A stretch of DNA of 64,000 bases, taken from positions 911 to 64,910 of the forward strand of contig MFUV01000004.1 in assembly GCA_001787005.1 (NCBI GenBank). The letters run 5' to 3'. Below the pieces are notes generated by a model. It was not told the origin of the DNA, made no database searches, and was given only the letters and a program-made list of their open reading frames with translations. The position numbers and the translations under genes are program-made. The DNA comes from Candidatus Nomurabacteria bacterium RIFCSPLOWO2_01_FULL_39_18 (GTDB lineage Bacteria; Patescibacteriota; Minisyncoccia; Phycocordibacterales; UBA9973). Positions 9,363 to 19,279 of this stretch are shown here, in pieces. Numbering within the stretch: position 1 is the stretch's first letter; each line of letters starts with the position of its first letter.

Positions 9363-10749
9363 TTGTCCAACCAAAGAGTCGTCCAATTGCTTCTGCTGTT
9401 TCTCGTTTGCGTGCAACTTTTATTGTTCCATCTTGGGCGATTAACTTAGCTGGAGAAGATAGTAAACAATGGTGGGAGGCTAGAGCATCTTGATAAGCAC
9501 CAGAGTCAAAGATCGCCAGATACTGTGGCTCCCCTTCCTTTAGCTTAGGCATTAGTACATAACTTCCCCCAGAAGTGTATTTATCATCAGAATCACAAGA
9601 ACTTCCAGCAAGCCAAACACTTTTGAGAGTAGTCGCATTGGCATTATTAACTGGTACTATGTGCCACTTCTGGTGGATAGCCCATGTGTCTAGAAGGTCG
9701 TTCATAAAACTTCCGTCAATTACATACCAGGATTTTGCATTTGCCTTTGGAATAGGTTTTTCGGCAATTACACTGTATATAGTGACCTGAGCTGGAGCTA
9801 CGATGTATCTACCCCATTCGACAGCCAAATTTGGATGGCGAATCCTGGCTTTATCGCTCATTTTTTTAAGAAGCTTAACTATCTGCTCAGAAACTTTTTT
9901 TGCTCCATAAAACGGCTTTTTTTCATAAGGTACTCCAAAACCGCCACCAACATCAAGCGTGTCCAAGTTCGGATGATTTTTAACCAATTTTACATACAAA
10001 CCCATGGCTTCCTCAATCGGCTGCATGACACTCTTGGCGTTGTTGATTTGTGAGCCAATGTGGTAATGCAAAAGTTTTAGGTTTTTCATTTTTGGCAAAT
10101 CAAGTAGTTCTTTCGAGGAAAATCCGAAACGATCCACTTTCTTGTCCCAGTGGGTGTCTGCTTTGGTATCTAAATTGACCCTTATCCCCACCTCGCCTTT
10201 ATATTTAGCTAAACGTTCCAGCTCGTGTTCATCTTCAATGATTGGCATTATAGATAAATCCTTGAGTCGTAATTCCTCAATCAGTTTTATATATGCTTCT
10301 GTTTTGGGACCATTACAAAGAACGCGAATTTTGGAATGGAATTTTTCTCCCTCCCAAAGCTTTTTCACAATCCAGAGTTCGTTGACCGAACCAACCTCCA
10401 TATGCGCTCCTTCAGAGATTAAAGGCATCACAAATTCTTTGTTTTGATTCACTTTCAATGGATAGTGATAGAAGAATTTACCCCGATATCCCTGAATCTT
10501 CATGTAAGCTTGAAAATAATCGTGCAGATCTTCTAAACGTTCCTCGAGAATAAATGGAAAAACTATTTCCGTGGGTGAACCGTACTTTTTTACAATATCA
10601 TTAAGATTATAAATATAGTTTCCTTCTCGGATGGTCAGCTCGCCGTCCTTGGTAATGTCAAAATACTGAGTGTTCCACTCTTCCATTCCTAGCTTCCAAA
10701 ATTTCTTCCAATTCTTGCCCGGTTTTTTTGGTTTTTTTTTCTTTGGCAT
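9346..10749 (-). CDS. speA: PLP-dependent fold-III decarboxylase, arginine decarboxylase-like (short SpeA)
   Basis: YPLKVNQ (PLP lysine), NGPK, HYHIGSQI, DVGGGFG, CDSDD, GAYQD. Confidence 0.8.
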   Translation of the reverse strand: MPKKKKPKKPGKNWKKFWKLGMEEWNTQYFDITKDGELTIREGNYIYNLNDIVKKYGSPTEIVFPFILEERLEDLHDYFQAYMKIQGYRGKFFYHYPLKVNQNKEFVMPLISEGAHMEVGSVNELWIVKKLWEGEKFHSKIRVLCNGPKTEAYIKLIEELRLKDLSIMPIIEDEHELERLAKYKGEVGIRVNLDTKADTHWDKKVDRFGFSSKELLDLPKMKNLKLLHYHIGSQINNAKSVMQPIEEAMGLYVKLVKNHPNLDTLDVGGGFGVPYEKKPFYGAKKVSEQIVKLLKKMSDKARIRHPNLAVEWGRYIVAPAQVTIYSVIAEKPIPKANAKSWYVIDGSFMNDLLDTWAIHQKWHIVPVNNANATTLKSVWLAGSSCDSDDKYTSGGSYVLMPKLKEGEPQYLAIFDSGAYQDALASHHCLLSSPAKLIAQDGTIKVARKRETAEAIGRLFGWTNGDHK

Positions 10750-10978
10750 TTGAGTATTAATGTAACAAAAAGAAGTATAGCAAGTGTTAATGAAATGTAA
10801 ATACTGTGGATAAGTAGAGGGGTGTGGTTGGTAGTGTTCCGAACCCCGCCCTCTTCCTCTTTAAAGAAACATCCCTGAAATGTTAGACACTGAGTGTTCA
10901 ACATTTCTATTTCCTTAAAGCCACGGCGACTCTATAGACATTCAAAGAACTATTTCTTAAAAGAACAAATTCATTTCT

Positions 10979-11269
10979 CTAAACCCATGCCACTTTTTTA
11001 AACACTTGCACTGACTGTATCTTTCTAATTTGTAAAACAATTCTGAAAACTTTATTCGACTTTCTGGCGACATTTCGTTCCGACCAGACTTTCATCTCCA
11101 CGAAGTTTGCCTTTTCTCTATTTTTTACTTTCACAAAATCCTTTTCTATGCGTTTCATTAGTCTAGTTAGTCTTCCCATGAATTCTTTATTTTTGAGTGC
11201 ATTTTTATTATTGCCAACTTTTACAATAACCATCTCACCCAGATATTTTTTTAAGTTATTTGCTTTCAT
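10979..11269 (-). CDS. Small basic hypothetical protein
   Basis: 96-aa ORF immediately downstream of argH, same strand. Confidence 0.45.
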   Translation of the reverse strand: MKANNLKKYLGEMVIVKVGNNKNALKNKEFMGRLTRLMKRIEKDFVKVKNREKANFVEMKVWSERNVARKSNKVFRIVLQIRKIQSVQVFKKVAWV

Positions 11270-11290
11270 TTTTATGTCTTTAGTAGTTGT

Positions 11291-12469
11291 TTACCCATAT
11301 TTTTTTGAGACTTCTCGATATGCTTCTCGGAAAGACATTCCTTTTTCAACTAAGTTATAAACTTCAGCCGTAGCGTAGAGTTCTGAAGTTAATCCATTTT
11401 CACATTTCTTTTGATTAACTTTTAGATTCTTAAAGATTTCAGCCAACATGTATAAACTTTCTGAAACAATTTCAAAGGTTTTAAATACTGGCTCTTTAAG
11501 TAACTGCAAATCTCTGTGATAGCCTGATATTAAATTACTAGTAATACCCTTTACCCGTAACTCGCAAGAGACTACTGTATGATATTTTGCTCTCAGTAAT
11601 TCCAACACATCAGGATTTTTCTTTTGTGGCATTATCGAACTGCCTGTGCGAAATTCCTTGGGTAATTCAAAGTAACCAAATTCCGACATGCTGAACATAA
11701 TTAAGTCCGATGATATTTTATTGGCATCAAACATAATTTGAGCAAGGGCATGCAAAATCGCCGATTCAAACTTACCACGACTGTTTTGCGCATAAATTGG
11801 ATTTTGTTGAACTTTTTTGAAACCTAAAATTTTTGCGGTAAAGTTTCTTTCAATTCTTATAGGCAAGCCGTATCCAGCCGCAGTTCCGAGTGGAGACTGA
11901 TCTATTAAGTCCTCTGCGTAAGCCAAAGATTTTAAATTATCTTGCATGGAATCTATAAAACTTTCTGCCAACATTTTTATTGATGAAGGCATAGCTTTGC
12001 GAGTATGCGTGTAGCCAGGAAATTTAATTTTTCCATAAAGCTTGGAAAAATTTCGCAAGCTACTAATAAATTTCTCACACAACTCATTACAAATCTTTAA
12101 GTTATCTTTGTAATATAATCTCAAAGCAACCAGAACTTGATCATTGCGAGAACGAGCAGTGTGAATTTTCTCTCCCAATATTCCCAACTTTTTAGTAAGA
12201 TAATTTTCTATGGCTGTATGACAGTCTTCTTGTTCGGGTAAGATTTTGAACTTACCTTTTGCGTCTAAACTAATAATTTCTTGTAAGGATTTAGATAGCT
12301 TTTTCACCTCTGTACTTTTGAGTAGTCCGATTTTCCCCAGCATTTGGGCATGAGCCGTGGAAGCCAAACAGTCATACTTGACCAGTTGTTGGTCAAGAAT
12401 ATAATCTTGTCCCACCGTAAATTTCTCTACATCTTTATTTAATTTGTAATTTTTTTGCCAGAGTTTCAT
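11291..12469 (-). CDS. argH: Argininosuccinate lyase
   Basis: HTARSRNDQ, PGYTH, GSSIMPQKKNPD. Confidence 0.95.
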   Translation of the reverse strand: MKLWQKNYKLNKDVEKFTVGQDYILDQQLVKYDCLASTAHAQMLGKIGLLKSTEVKKLSKSLQEIISLDAKGKFKILPEQEDCHTAIENYLTKKLGILGEKIHTARSRNDQVLVALRLYYKDNLKICNELCEKFISSLRNFSKLYGKIKFPGYTHTRKAMPSSIKMLAESFIDSMQDNLKSLAYAEDLIDQSPLGTAAGYGLPIRIERNFTAKILGFKKVQQNPIYAQNSRGKFESAILHALAQIMFDANKISSDLIMFSMSEFGYFELPKEFRTGSSIMPQKKNPDVLELLRAKYHTVVSCELRVKGITSNLISGYHRDLQLLKEPVFKTFEIVSESLYMLAEIFKNLKVNQKKCENGLTSELYATAEVYNLVEKGMSFREAYREVSKKYG

Positions 12470-13734
12470 TTTTTATCTTTTTTATTTTTAACTGATAATT
12501 GATTTGCTAGTTTCATCTGTAAAGAGTAAATTTCAATAAATCCTGCACTTGCATTTACATTGAGTCCATACCCCTCTGTGTTATTAAATGAAGCATGGTC
12601 TAAGGCGTACGGAGACTGTACTGTGATGACAGTGGTGTTACCTTTGAATAATCTAATTTGTACTTTTCCTGTGACTTTTTGATTAATGAAATCATTAAAA
12701 TGATTTATTGATTGCATCGCTGGGTCATACCACTGAGCTCCATAGCATAAGTAGCCCCACTTTATGTCAGAAATTTCCTTGAGTTCATTCTGCACTCTTG
12801 TGCAAACATATTTTTCTAAATTCTTATGCGCTTCAATAATTACGTGTGCCGCAGGATGTTCATAAACACCACGATTTTTCAAACCAACAATTCTATCTTC
12901 AAGTAAGTAAACAGTTCCAACTCCGTGCTTCCCCGCTAATTTATTTAGTTTAACTATCAGCTTTGCTAATGACATTTTTGTGCCGTTTAAAGCCACAGGT
13001 AGACCTTGGTTAAAATCTAGAGTTACTATTCCTGGTTCGTCTGGTGCATTTTTGGGTAAAGTATAAGTGGTCAAAAACTTTTCTTCCGGCACTATTTGGG
13101 TTGGATTTGTAATTTCCCCGCCTTCCCAAGTAATGCCCCACATGTTGTCATCGTCGCTGTAAGGAAAATCTAGAGAAGCAGGAATAGGAATATTATTTTT
13201 TTGAGCGTATTTTATTTCTGCATTTCTGTCCATGTTCCACTCTCGAACTGGCGCAAGAATTTTTATTTTTGGTTCCAAAGCTACAACATAACCTTCAATT
13301 CTAACTTGGTCATTACCCTTACCCGTGCAACCGTGAGCAATACAATCAGCGTTTTCTTTTTTAGCTATTTCTACCGCCTTCTTTGCTAATATGGCCCTAC
13401 CGATTGGTGTAGAAAGATGATAGTTACCTTGATAACAAGCATTGGCTTTAATTCCATAAGAAATATATTCTTTAGCAAATTCTTCTCTCACATCTAAAGC
13501 GATAGCTTTTATTGCTCCGAACTTTAAAGCTTTTTGTCTAATTGCTTATAAGTCATCGTGTTGCTGACCTAAGTTTAGAGTTAAAGCAATAACTTGAACT
13601 TTATATTGATCCTGAATCCACTTAAGCATCACCGAAGTATCTAAACCTCCGGAATACAAAAGTAAAACTTTTTTTATCTCCCCTTTTTGCGCTTCATAAG
13701 AAGCGACTTTTATGTAAGATGTTTTTTTATTCAT
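12466..13734 (-). pseudogene. argG: Argininosuccinate synthase interrupted by an in-frame TAA at codon 63 (pseudogene or sequence error)
   Basis: YSGGLDTS in the 5' ORF and HGCTGKGNDQVR in the 3' ORF; same frame, reads QQHDDL*AIRQKALKFGA across TAA at 13546-13548. Confidence 0.8.
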
Positions 13735-13787
13735 ATTTTTTATTTATTAGTTAATAATTTAGAAGAACTAAAAATCTAATGGGTACG

Positions 13788-14005
13788 AAAAAAGCTCCGT
13801 CCCCGGGGAAAACGTAAAGTTTCCCTCAAGGACGGAGCTTGTAAAAGTCCGTGGTACCACCCTGGTTCCATCTCAACAATCAAAATGAGATGACACTTGA
13901 TCCGAGACTAACATCCCGGTGTCTAATTTTACGGTTAGACTTCCGTAAGGCATTTTTGCCTTCAGCTGGCAGGACGCGACTCTCGCTCGTAACGCTTTAT
14001 AAGGT
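13788..14005 (-). promoter_or_regulatory. T-box riboswitch leader upstream of argG-argH
   Basis: Minus strand AGGGTGGTACCACGG (13849-13863) followed by terminator AAGCTCCGTCC...GGACGGAGCTTTTTT; GAGAG and GCTGAA stem-I-like motifs upstream; TTGACA at 14047-14052. Confidence 0.85.
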
Positions 14006-14104
14006 AATATTTAATTGTGAGAAAAGTTTAACAAAATCAAGGTTCTTGTCAACTGTGGATAACTATGGCTTGATTTTCATTTGTACATTTTGTACAATAC
14101 ACCT

Positions 14105-14362
14105 ATGAACATAAAAACACTTTCAACAACACAGGCCAGAAAAGATATGAGCGATTTGATAAACATTGTCTCTATAAGTCGCAAATCAATTGTCATCGGA
14201 CGCAGGAATGTTCCGGAAGTAGTTCTGATCCCCTTCCCGGCATTTTGGAATGGCAAACTTTCTGAGATAACCAACATGAATACATACTCTAAAAGTTTTG
14301 ATTTTCTTAAAGACGAACCGGAAATTTATTCTGTAAAAGATATAAAAAAGAGATATGCATAA
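14105..14362 (+). CDS. Antitoxin (Phd/YefM-like N-terminus)
   Basis: MNIKTLSTTQARKDMSDLIN; overlaps the downstream toxin; palindrome TTGTACA-TTT-TGTACAA (14081-14097) upstream. Confidence 0.75.
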   Translation: MNIKTLSTTQARKDMSDLINIVSISRKSIVIGRRNVPEVVLIPFPAFWNGKLSEITNMNTYSKSFDFLKDEPEIYSVKDIKKRYA

Positions 14363-14696
14363 AATAGGAGATATCGTACTGACGCCTTTCCCTTTTACCG
14401 ACCTTTCTGGTAATAAAGTTCGCCCGGCTCTTGTGCTCGGAGTACAAGACGGAGGCGATGATGTAACTGTTTGCTTTATTTCTTCTAATGAGCAAAACAA
14501 AATTCATAAGTTTGATATTCTGATTGACTTTAAAGATAAAAGCTTCAAAAAGACAGGGCTTAAGTTAAAATCAATTATTAAAGTAGTAAAAATAGCTACT
14601 CTAGATAAAGTGGTGATTCTAGGAAAAATTGGAGAGCTGGATACTTCAAATATGCGAAGGGTAAAAAATGTTTTGAAAGTTTATTTTGGATTGTAG
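14355..14696 (+). CDS. PemK/MazF family toxin
   Basis: GDIVLTPFPFTDLSGNKVRPALV. Confidence 0.88.
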   Translation: MHKIGDIVLTPFPFTDLSGNKVRPALVLGVQDGGDDVTVCFISSNEQNKIHKFDILIDFKDKSFKKTGLKLKSIIKVVKIATLDKVVILGKIGELDTSNMRRVKNVLKVYFGL

Positions 14697-15952
14697 TTTT
14701 TTAAAAACTCCTCCTTAAATTCAAAAAAGTTATCATCTAAGATCGACTGCCTGATTTTTTTCACCAAATTAATAATGAAATATAAATTGTGCGTAGTGGC
14801 GAGGGTGGCGGCTAGCATTTCCTTGCCGTGAAAAAGATGGCAGAGATAAGCGCGAGTAAAACCCCCTGTTGTCCCCCTTGTCAGGGGGACAGGGCCCTCC
14901 TCCCCTGATAAGGGGAGGTCTCGGGAGGGGTTGTTGCACACATAGCACCCACAACCATCCTCAATCGGTTGGAAATCCCCCCGGTACTGGGCATTGGTGA
15001 TATTTATTTTTCCATTCTTGGTATATAGCGTTCCGTTTCTCCCATTGCGTGTCGGCGCGACGCAATCAAAAAGATCCACTCCATTTTCCACCCCCATAAA
15101 CAAATCCTCCGGTTCTCCGATGCCGAGCAAGTGCCGGGGCTTATCTTCTGGCAAAATTTCGTTCACCAGCCTGGTTGTCAGCTCCATGTGTTCCTTGGTA
15201 TAAGAGCCACCAATGCCAAATCCATCAAAAGGCAGACTGGAAATATATTCCGCGGATTTTTTGCGCGAATCTTTTTCCAGGCCGCCCTGCACAATGCCAA
15301 ACAGGGCTTGGGTATCTTTGTTTGGTTTGGATTGGTGATACTCTAGTGAACGCTTCGCCCAAGCATGGGTGCGAGAAAGAGCTTCGTTTTGATATTCATA
15401 ACTTTCATGCGGAGACGTAGCTTCATCAAAAGCAAAGATAATATCCGCGCCCAGGTTGTGCTGGATTTCCATAGATTTCTCCGGAGTGATGTAGTGAAGC
15501 GTTCCGTCTATATGTGAACGAAACGAGACACCGTCATTGCCGATATTGGCAAGCCGAGGCGCGCCATCTTCTGCGCTAGACCGCTCTGGAATTTGAATGG
15601 CAGGTTCGGTTCCTCTAATGACTTTCGAAAAGTCTTTTCCATAAGCCGCACCGAGAGAAAAAACTTGAAAGCCGCCAGAGTCGGTAATGATCGGACCCTC
15701 CCAATTCATAAACTTGTGGAGTCCACCGGCACGAGCCACTAATTCGTCTCCCGGCTGGAGGTAGAGATGGTAAGTGTTGGCAAGCACTACCTCTGCCCCT
15801 AATTCCGCCACCTGTAGGGGCGTGAGCGCCTTAACAGAGGCCTTGGTGGCAACAGGCACAAAGGTCGGAGTATGAATCTCCCCATGCGAGGTTTTCAAAA
15901 CCCCCGCCCTTCCTAAACTATTTTCTAATTTTTTTTCTATCTTGAAATGCAT
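14681..15952 (-). CDS. tgt: Queuine tRNA-ribosyltransferase
   Basis: ANTYHL, TDSGGFQVFSL, GIVQGG, DCVAPTRNGR, CxCxxC zinc site. Confidence 0.96.
   Translation of the reverse strand: MHFKIEKKLENSLGRAGVLKTSHGEIHTPTFVPVATKASVKALTPLQVAELGAEVVLANTYHLYLQPGDELVARAGGLHKFMNWEGPIITDSGGFQVFSLGAAYGKDFSKVIRGTEPAIQIPERSSAEDGAPRLANIGNDGVSFRSHIDGTLHYITPEKSMEIQHNLGADIIFAFDEATSPHESYEYQNEALSRTHAWAKRSLEYHQSKPNKDTQALFGIVQGGLEKDSRKKSAEYISSLPFDGFGIGGSYTKEHMELTTRLVNEILPEDKPRHLLGIGEPEDLFMGVENGVDLFDCVAPTRNGRNGTLYTKNGKINITNAQYRGDFQPIEDGCGCYVCNNPSRDLPLSGEEGPVPLTRGTTGGFTRAYLCHLFHGKEMLAATLATTHNLYFIINLVKKIRQSILDDNFFEFKEEFLKNYNPK
14859..14933. repeat. REP-like double hairpin inserted in frame in tgt
   Basis: GTCCCCCTTGTCAGGGGGAC and CTCCCCTGATAAGGGGAG; encodes PSRDLPLSGEEGPVPLTRGTTGG. 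Confidence 0.75.
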
Positions 15953-15958
15953 AAATCA

Positions 15959-16070
15959 AAATGGGGGCAAGGTAATGTTTTTAGAGACTTGCGAGAGCGA
16001 CGGCTCGAACACGAGGAATTTTTTAGCAAAAAAATATCCGTGCTCTAAAAACATTACCTTGCCCCCATTT
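15959..16070. repeat. Hairpin element with 28-bp perfect inverted arms and a conserved core (related copies at 58729-58827 and 40165-40287)
   Basis: AAATGGGGGCAAGGTAATGTTTTTAGAG and its exact reverse complement; core 56/63 identical to the pheT copy. Confidence 0.85.
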
Positions 16071-16896
16071 CCACCTCCACAAACTTCAACTCTTGTATAT
16101 TCACTGGTGAAACAAGAAGCGCCTTTTGGAAAGAATCGCGCGGGTCAGAAATTATTGCTTCAACAACCCCCACGACATGGGGCATAATTCCCGGCAAAAC
16201 TGCCTGGTCTCCTTTTTTTAGAAAAAAATCTCTCGGCAATATCATTTCAAAGTTCCCTCCGCCCCGACCCACAATTTCCATAGAAACATCCTTGGTTGTC
16301 GTGATTTCACCAAACTCGCCCGCAATATTGTGATCAAGAGAAATTGTTATGTTGGTTTTCTCTCCACTACTCGAAAACAAAACAACTTTTGAAGAAGATC
16401 CATAAACTTCTCGAACACGCCCGATTGGCACAAAGCCTGAGGCAAATACCTTATCCCCTACTTGTAATCCCTGTTTTGTACCAACATCGATAACAAGCGT
16501 ATCATAGACGCTCTGATTTGGTCTAGACAGAATAGCGGCCAGGATCATTGGGGCTCCTTCTCTCTTTCTCCCTAAAATTTCCTTGAGTTTTGAATTCTCT
16601 TCCAAAATAGAATTATAATTCGACAGTTCTGCTTCGCTTTCGCGAAGTTTTGTTCTTAGATCTTCATTTTCTTCTATTAAAGAATTCTTTGAAGTAAAAA
16701 AATAAGAAATATCTCCCAATTTATCTCTAACACTATTTCCGAAAACCACAACTGGACGAAAGATAGTGCTTGAAACGTAAGCCAATCCATGAAAAATATT
16801 CATCCTAAAATAAAAAAGAACGGAAAAAAGTATGACAAAAAAGAAAGTGTAGGAAAATTCTTTTTTCTTTGATTTTCTATCTTGGAGGTAATTCAT
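16054..16896 (-). CDS. mreC: Rod shape-determining protein MreC
   Basis: TM segment, coiled coil, IDVGTKQGL; directly follows mreB. Confidence 0.85.
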   Translation of the reverse strand: MNYLQDRKSKKKEFSYTFFFVILFSVLFYFRMNIFHGLAYVSSTIFRPVVVFGNSVRDKLGDISYFFTSKNSLIEENEDLRTKLRESEAELSNYNSILEENSKLKEILGRKREGAPMILAAILSRPNQSVYDTLVIDVGTKQGLQVGDKVFASGFVPIGRVREVYGSSSKVVLFSSSGEKTNITISLDHNIAGEFGEITTTKDVSMEIVGRGGGNFEMILPRDFFLKKGDQAVLPGIMPHVVGVVEAIISDPRDSFQKALLVSPVNIQELKFVEVEMGAR

Positions 16897-17923
16897 CTTG
16901 ATTCCCGATTAAAACTTCATGGTAAGATGCCATATCATCGAGTATTATTCCCGTCCCGCGAGCCACAGCTGAAAGCGGATCTTCCACCACATGCACTCTA
17001 ATCTTGAGAACACTTTGCAGGAGCTGGTCGAGCCCAGAGATTAGGGCGCCGCCGCCAGAGAGCGTGATGCCTCTATGCATAATATCCGATAAAATCTCGG
17101 GCGGGGTCGTCTCAAGCATGTCTCTGACTCCTCCCACTAATTCTTTTATCGACAACATCATGGCTTCGCGAATATCAGAATCTGTCACCACAACTTCGCG
17201 GGGTAGTCCAGTAAGAATATCGCGCCCATGAACTTCAGTTTCCATATACTCTCCTGGAATGACAGAGCCGATAGCGATTTTTACCATTTCGGCTGTTCTT
17301 TCACCGACAAGAATCTTAAATTCATCGCGCATATAAGAAATAATATCGTTGTTTAATCTATCGCCTGCTATTTTTAAATTTTTTGATTTTACAATTCCGC
17401 CGAGAGATATAACTGCGATGTCTGTTGTCCCGCCACCAATATCTATGATCATCGACCCAACAGGGTCTTTTATAGGAAGTCTGATGCCGATAGCCGCGGC
17501 CATGGGTTCTTCTACCAAGAAAACTTCTCTAGCTCCAGCCGAGCGCGCCGCATCATACACAGCGCGGGTCTCGACATTGGTGGTACCAGATGGCACACCG
17601 ATCAGAACTCTCGGTCGCGCTAACTTTTTAGACATTTTATCTGCTTTGTTTATGAGGTATGAAAGCATCTCTTCGGTAACTTCGAAATCTGAAATAACGC
17701 CATCAACCAGTGGGCGCACAGCTTTGATGTGTCCCGGAGTGCGACCCAGCATTTCTTTCGCTTTCGTACCCACAGCCAGGATTTGACTGGTTTTCATATT
17801 AACAGCCACGACTGAAGGTTCGTTGATGACGATCCCGTGACCCTTTAAATATACTAAGGTATTCGAAGTGCCTAGGTCTATGCCTATATCATTCGAAATT
17901 AATTTATAAATCTTTTCAAACAT
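16877..17923 (-). CDS. mreB: Rod shape-determining protein MreB
   Basis: IDLGTSNT, EEPMAAAIG, DIGGGTTD. Confidence 0.97.
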   Translation of the reverse strand: MFEKIYKLISNDIGIDLGTSNTLVYLKGHGIVINEPSVVAVNMKTSQILAVGTKAKEMLGRTPGHIKAVRPLVDGVISDFEVTEEMLSYLINKADKMSKKLARPRVLIGVPSGTTNVETRAVYDAARSAGAREVFLVEEPMAAAIGIRLPIKDPVGSMIIDIGGGTTDIAVISLGGIVKSKNLKIAGDRLNNDIISYMRDEFKILVGERTAEMVKIAIGSVIPGEYMETEVHGRDILTGLPREVVVTDSDIREAMMLSIKELVGGVRDMLETTPPEILSDIMHRGITLSGGGALISGLDQLLQSVLKIRVHVVEDPLSAVARGTGIILDDMASYHEVLIGNQDELPPR

Positions 17924-17929
17924 AATTTT

Positions 17930-17975
17930 CCAGATAGAGCTTTAGACTCTAGATAGAGTCTAAAGCTCTATCTGG
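17930..17975. repeat. Perfect 46-bp hairpin (22-bp arms, 2-nt loop) spanning the proS stop codon
   Basis: CCAGATAGAGCTTTAGACTCTA-GA-TAGAGTCTAAAGCTCTATCTGG. Confidence 0.9.
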
Positions 17976-19215
17976 TTAGTATTTTTAATAATTCTTCCAG
18001 AGAAACAATTTTCCCTTTTTCTTCTGTGCGCTTTTTCAATTCAATTCCGCCTTCCTTTATACTTCGAGAAGATACAACTGCTCGATAGGGTATGCCAAGC
18101 AAGTCCGCATCGGCAAATTTCTCTCCTGGAGATATTTCTCCCCGATCGTCAAATAAAACCTCAATTTTATTCCTCTTTAAACTTTCATAGACTTTATCGG
18201 CTTCTTTTTCAATCTCTGTATCATCTCCTAGGGCAAGCAGATGGACAGCGAATGGCGCTATGGATTCGGGCCAGATAATGCCCTTATCGTCAGCAAGAAC
18301 CTCTACCACGGTGCCTAAAAGACGCCCCACGCCTATGCCATAACAACCCATCAAAACAATGTGTTTTTCGCCCTTTTCATCCACATATGACAAATCAAAT
18401 GGCTTTGAATATTTTGTTTTTAAATCAAAAATGTTTCCAACTTCAATGGCCTTTTGTTCAATTAGTTTTTCTTTTACTAAACCAAGCTGATTTAGAATTT
18501 CGTCGTTGAAAACTTCTTTATTAAGGGCAGTACCGCTAGCCTCATCAATATAAATAGTATCCTCGCCTAGGGGCGTGATGGTCTGGAATTCATGCGAATA
18601 TTTAGAGAAAGTTCCACCCGAAGCGAAAGCCATGTAAGTCAAATGGCCAATACCGACTCTGGCAAAGATAGTTTTGTAAACTTCTTTCATTTTATTATAG
18701 AATTTTTCGAAATCGTCTTTTGATGTGTGGAAGGAATACATGTCTTTCATGACAAATTCCCTACCCCGAAGTATTCCGGATTTTGCGCGAAGTTCCATTC
18801 TAAATTTATTTTGAATTTGATAAATGGAGAGGGGGAAATCTTTGTGGGAAGAAACATAATTTTTCAAAATAGGAACAACGATCTCCTCGTGAGTAGGACC
18901 CAAGGCAACAACTCTTCCGGAAGAATCAGTAACTTTGTATAAATCATCCATCGATTCCCATCTTCCAGTTTTTTCCCAATTTTCTTTCGGCTGGAAAGAA
19001 GACATTAAAACTTCTTGTCCGCCGACAGCGTTCATTTCTTCCCGAATGATATTTTCTATTTTTCGAAGCGTCCGGAGCCCTAAGGGCAAATAACTATAAA
19101 CCCCTGCCATTTCCTTATGAATAAAACCACCACGAATCAGGAGCTCGGCATTTTTTGATACTTCGTCTGCTGGCGCCTCGCGCCTCGTCTTAGTAAAAAG
19201 TTTTGATTGTCTCAT
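17968..19215 (-). CDS. proS: Proline--tRNA ligase (short form lacking the INS editing domain)
   Basis: LGPTHEE, FRMELRAKSGILRGREFVMKD, IEVGNIF, MGCYGIG. Confidence 0.95.
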   Translation of the reverse strand: MRQSKLFTKTRREAPADEVSKNAELLIRGGFIHKEMAGVYSYLPLGLRTLRKIENIIREEMNAVGGQEVLMSSFQPKENWEKTGRWESMDDLYKVTDSSGRVVALGPTHEEIVVPILKNYVSSHKDFPLSIYQIQNKFRMELRAKSGILRGREFVMKDMYSFHTSKDDFEKFYNKMKEVYKTIFARVGIGHLTYMAFASGGTFSKYSHEFQTITPLGEDTIYIDEASGTALNKEVFNDEILNQLGLVKEKLIEQKAIEVGNIFDLKTKYSKPFDLSYVDEKGEKHIVLMGCYGIGVGRLLGTVVEVLADDKGIIWPESIAPFAVHLLALGDDTEIEKEADKVYESLKRNKIEVLFDDRGEISPGEKFADADLLGIPYRAVVSSRSIKEGGIELKKRTEEKGKIVSLEELLKILTR

Positions 19216-19279
19216 TCACCCATCTTACTCGAAAAAGGTCTTTTGGTCAAAGGAGAAAATAATGTTTCTCAAATAAAAA

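Noticed and set aside
13546-13548. Stop-codon reassignment or programmed readthrough in argG
   Set aside because: TAA, TAG and TGA all terminate conserved genes normally in this window; this is a single isolated case
6301-14062. Replication origin
   Set aside because: The DnaA boxes are isolated and kilobases apart, with no dnaA/dnaN or box cluster
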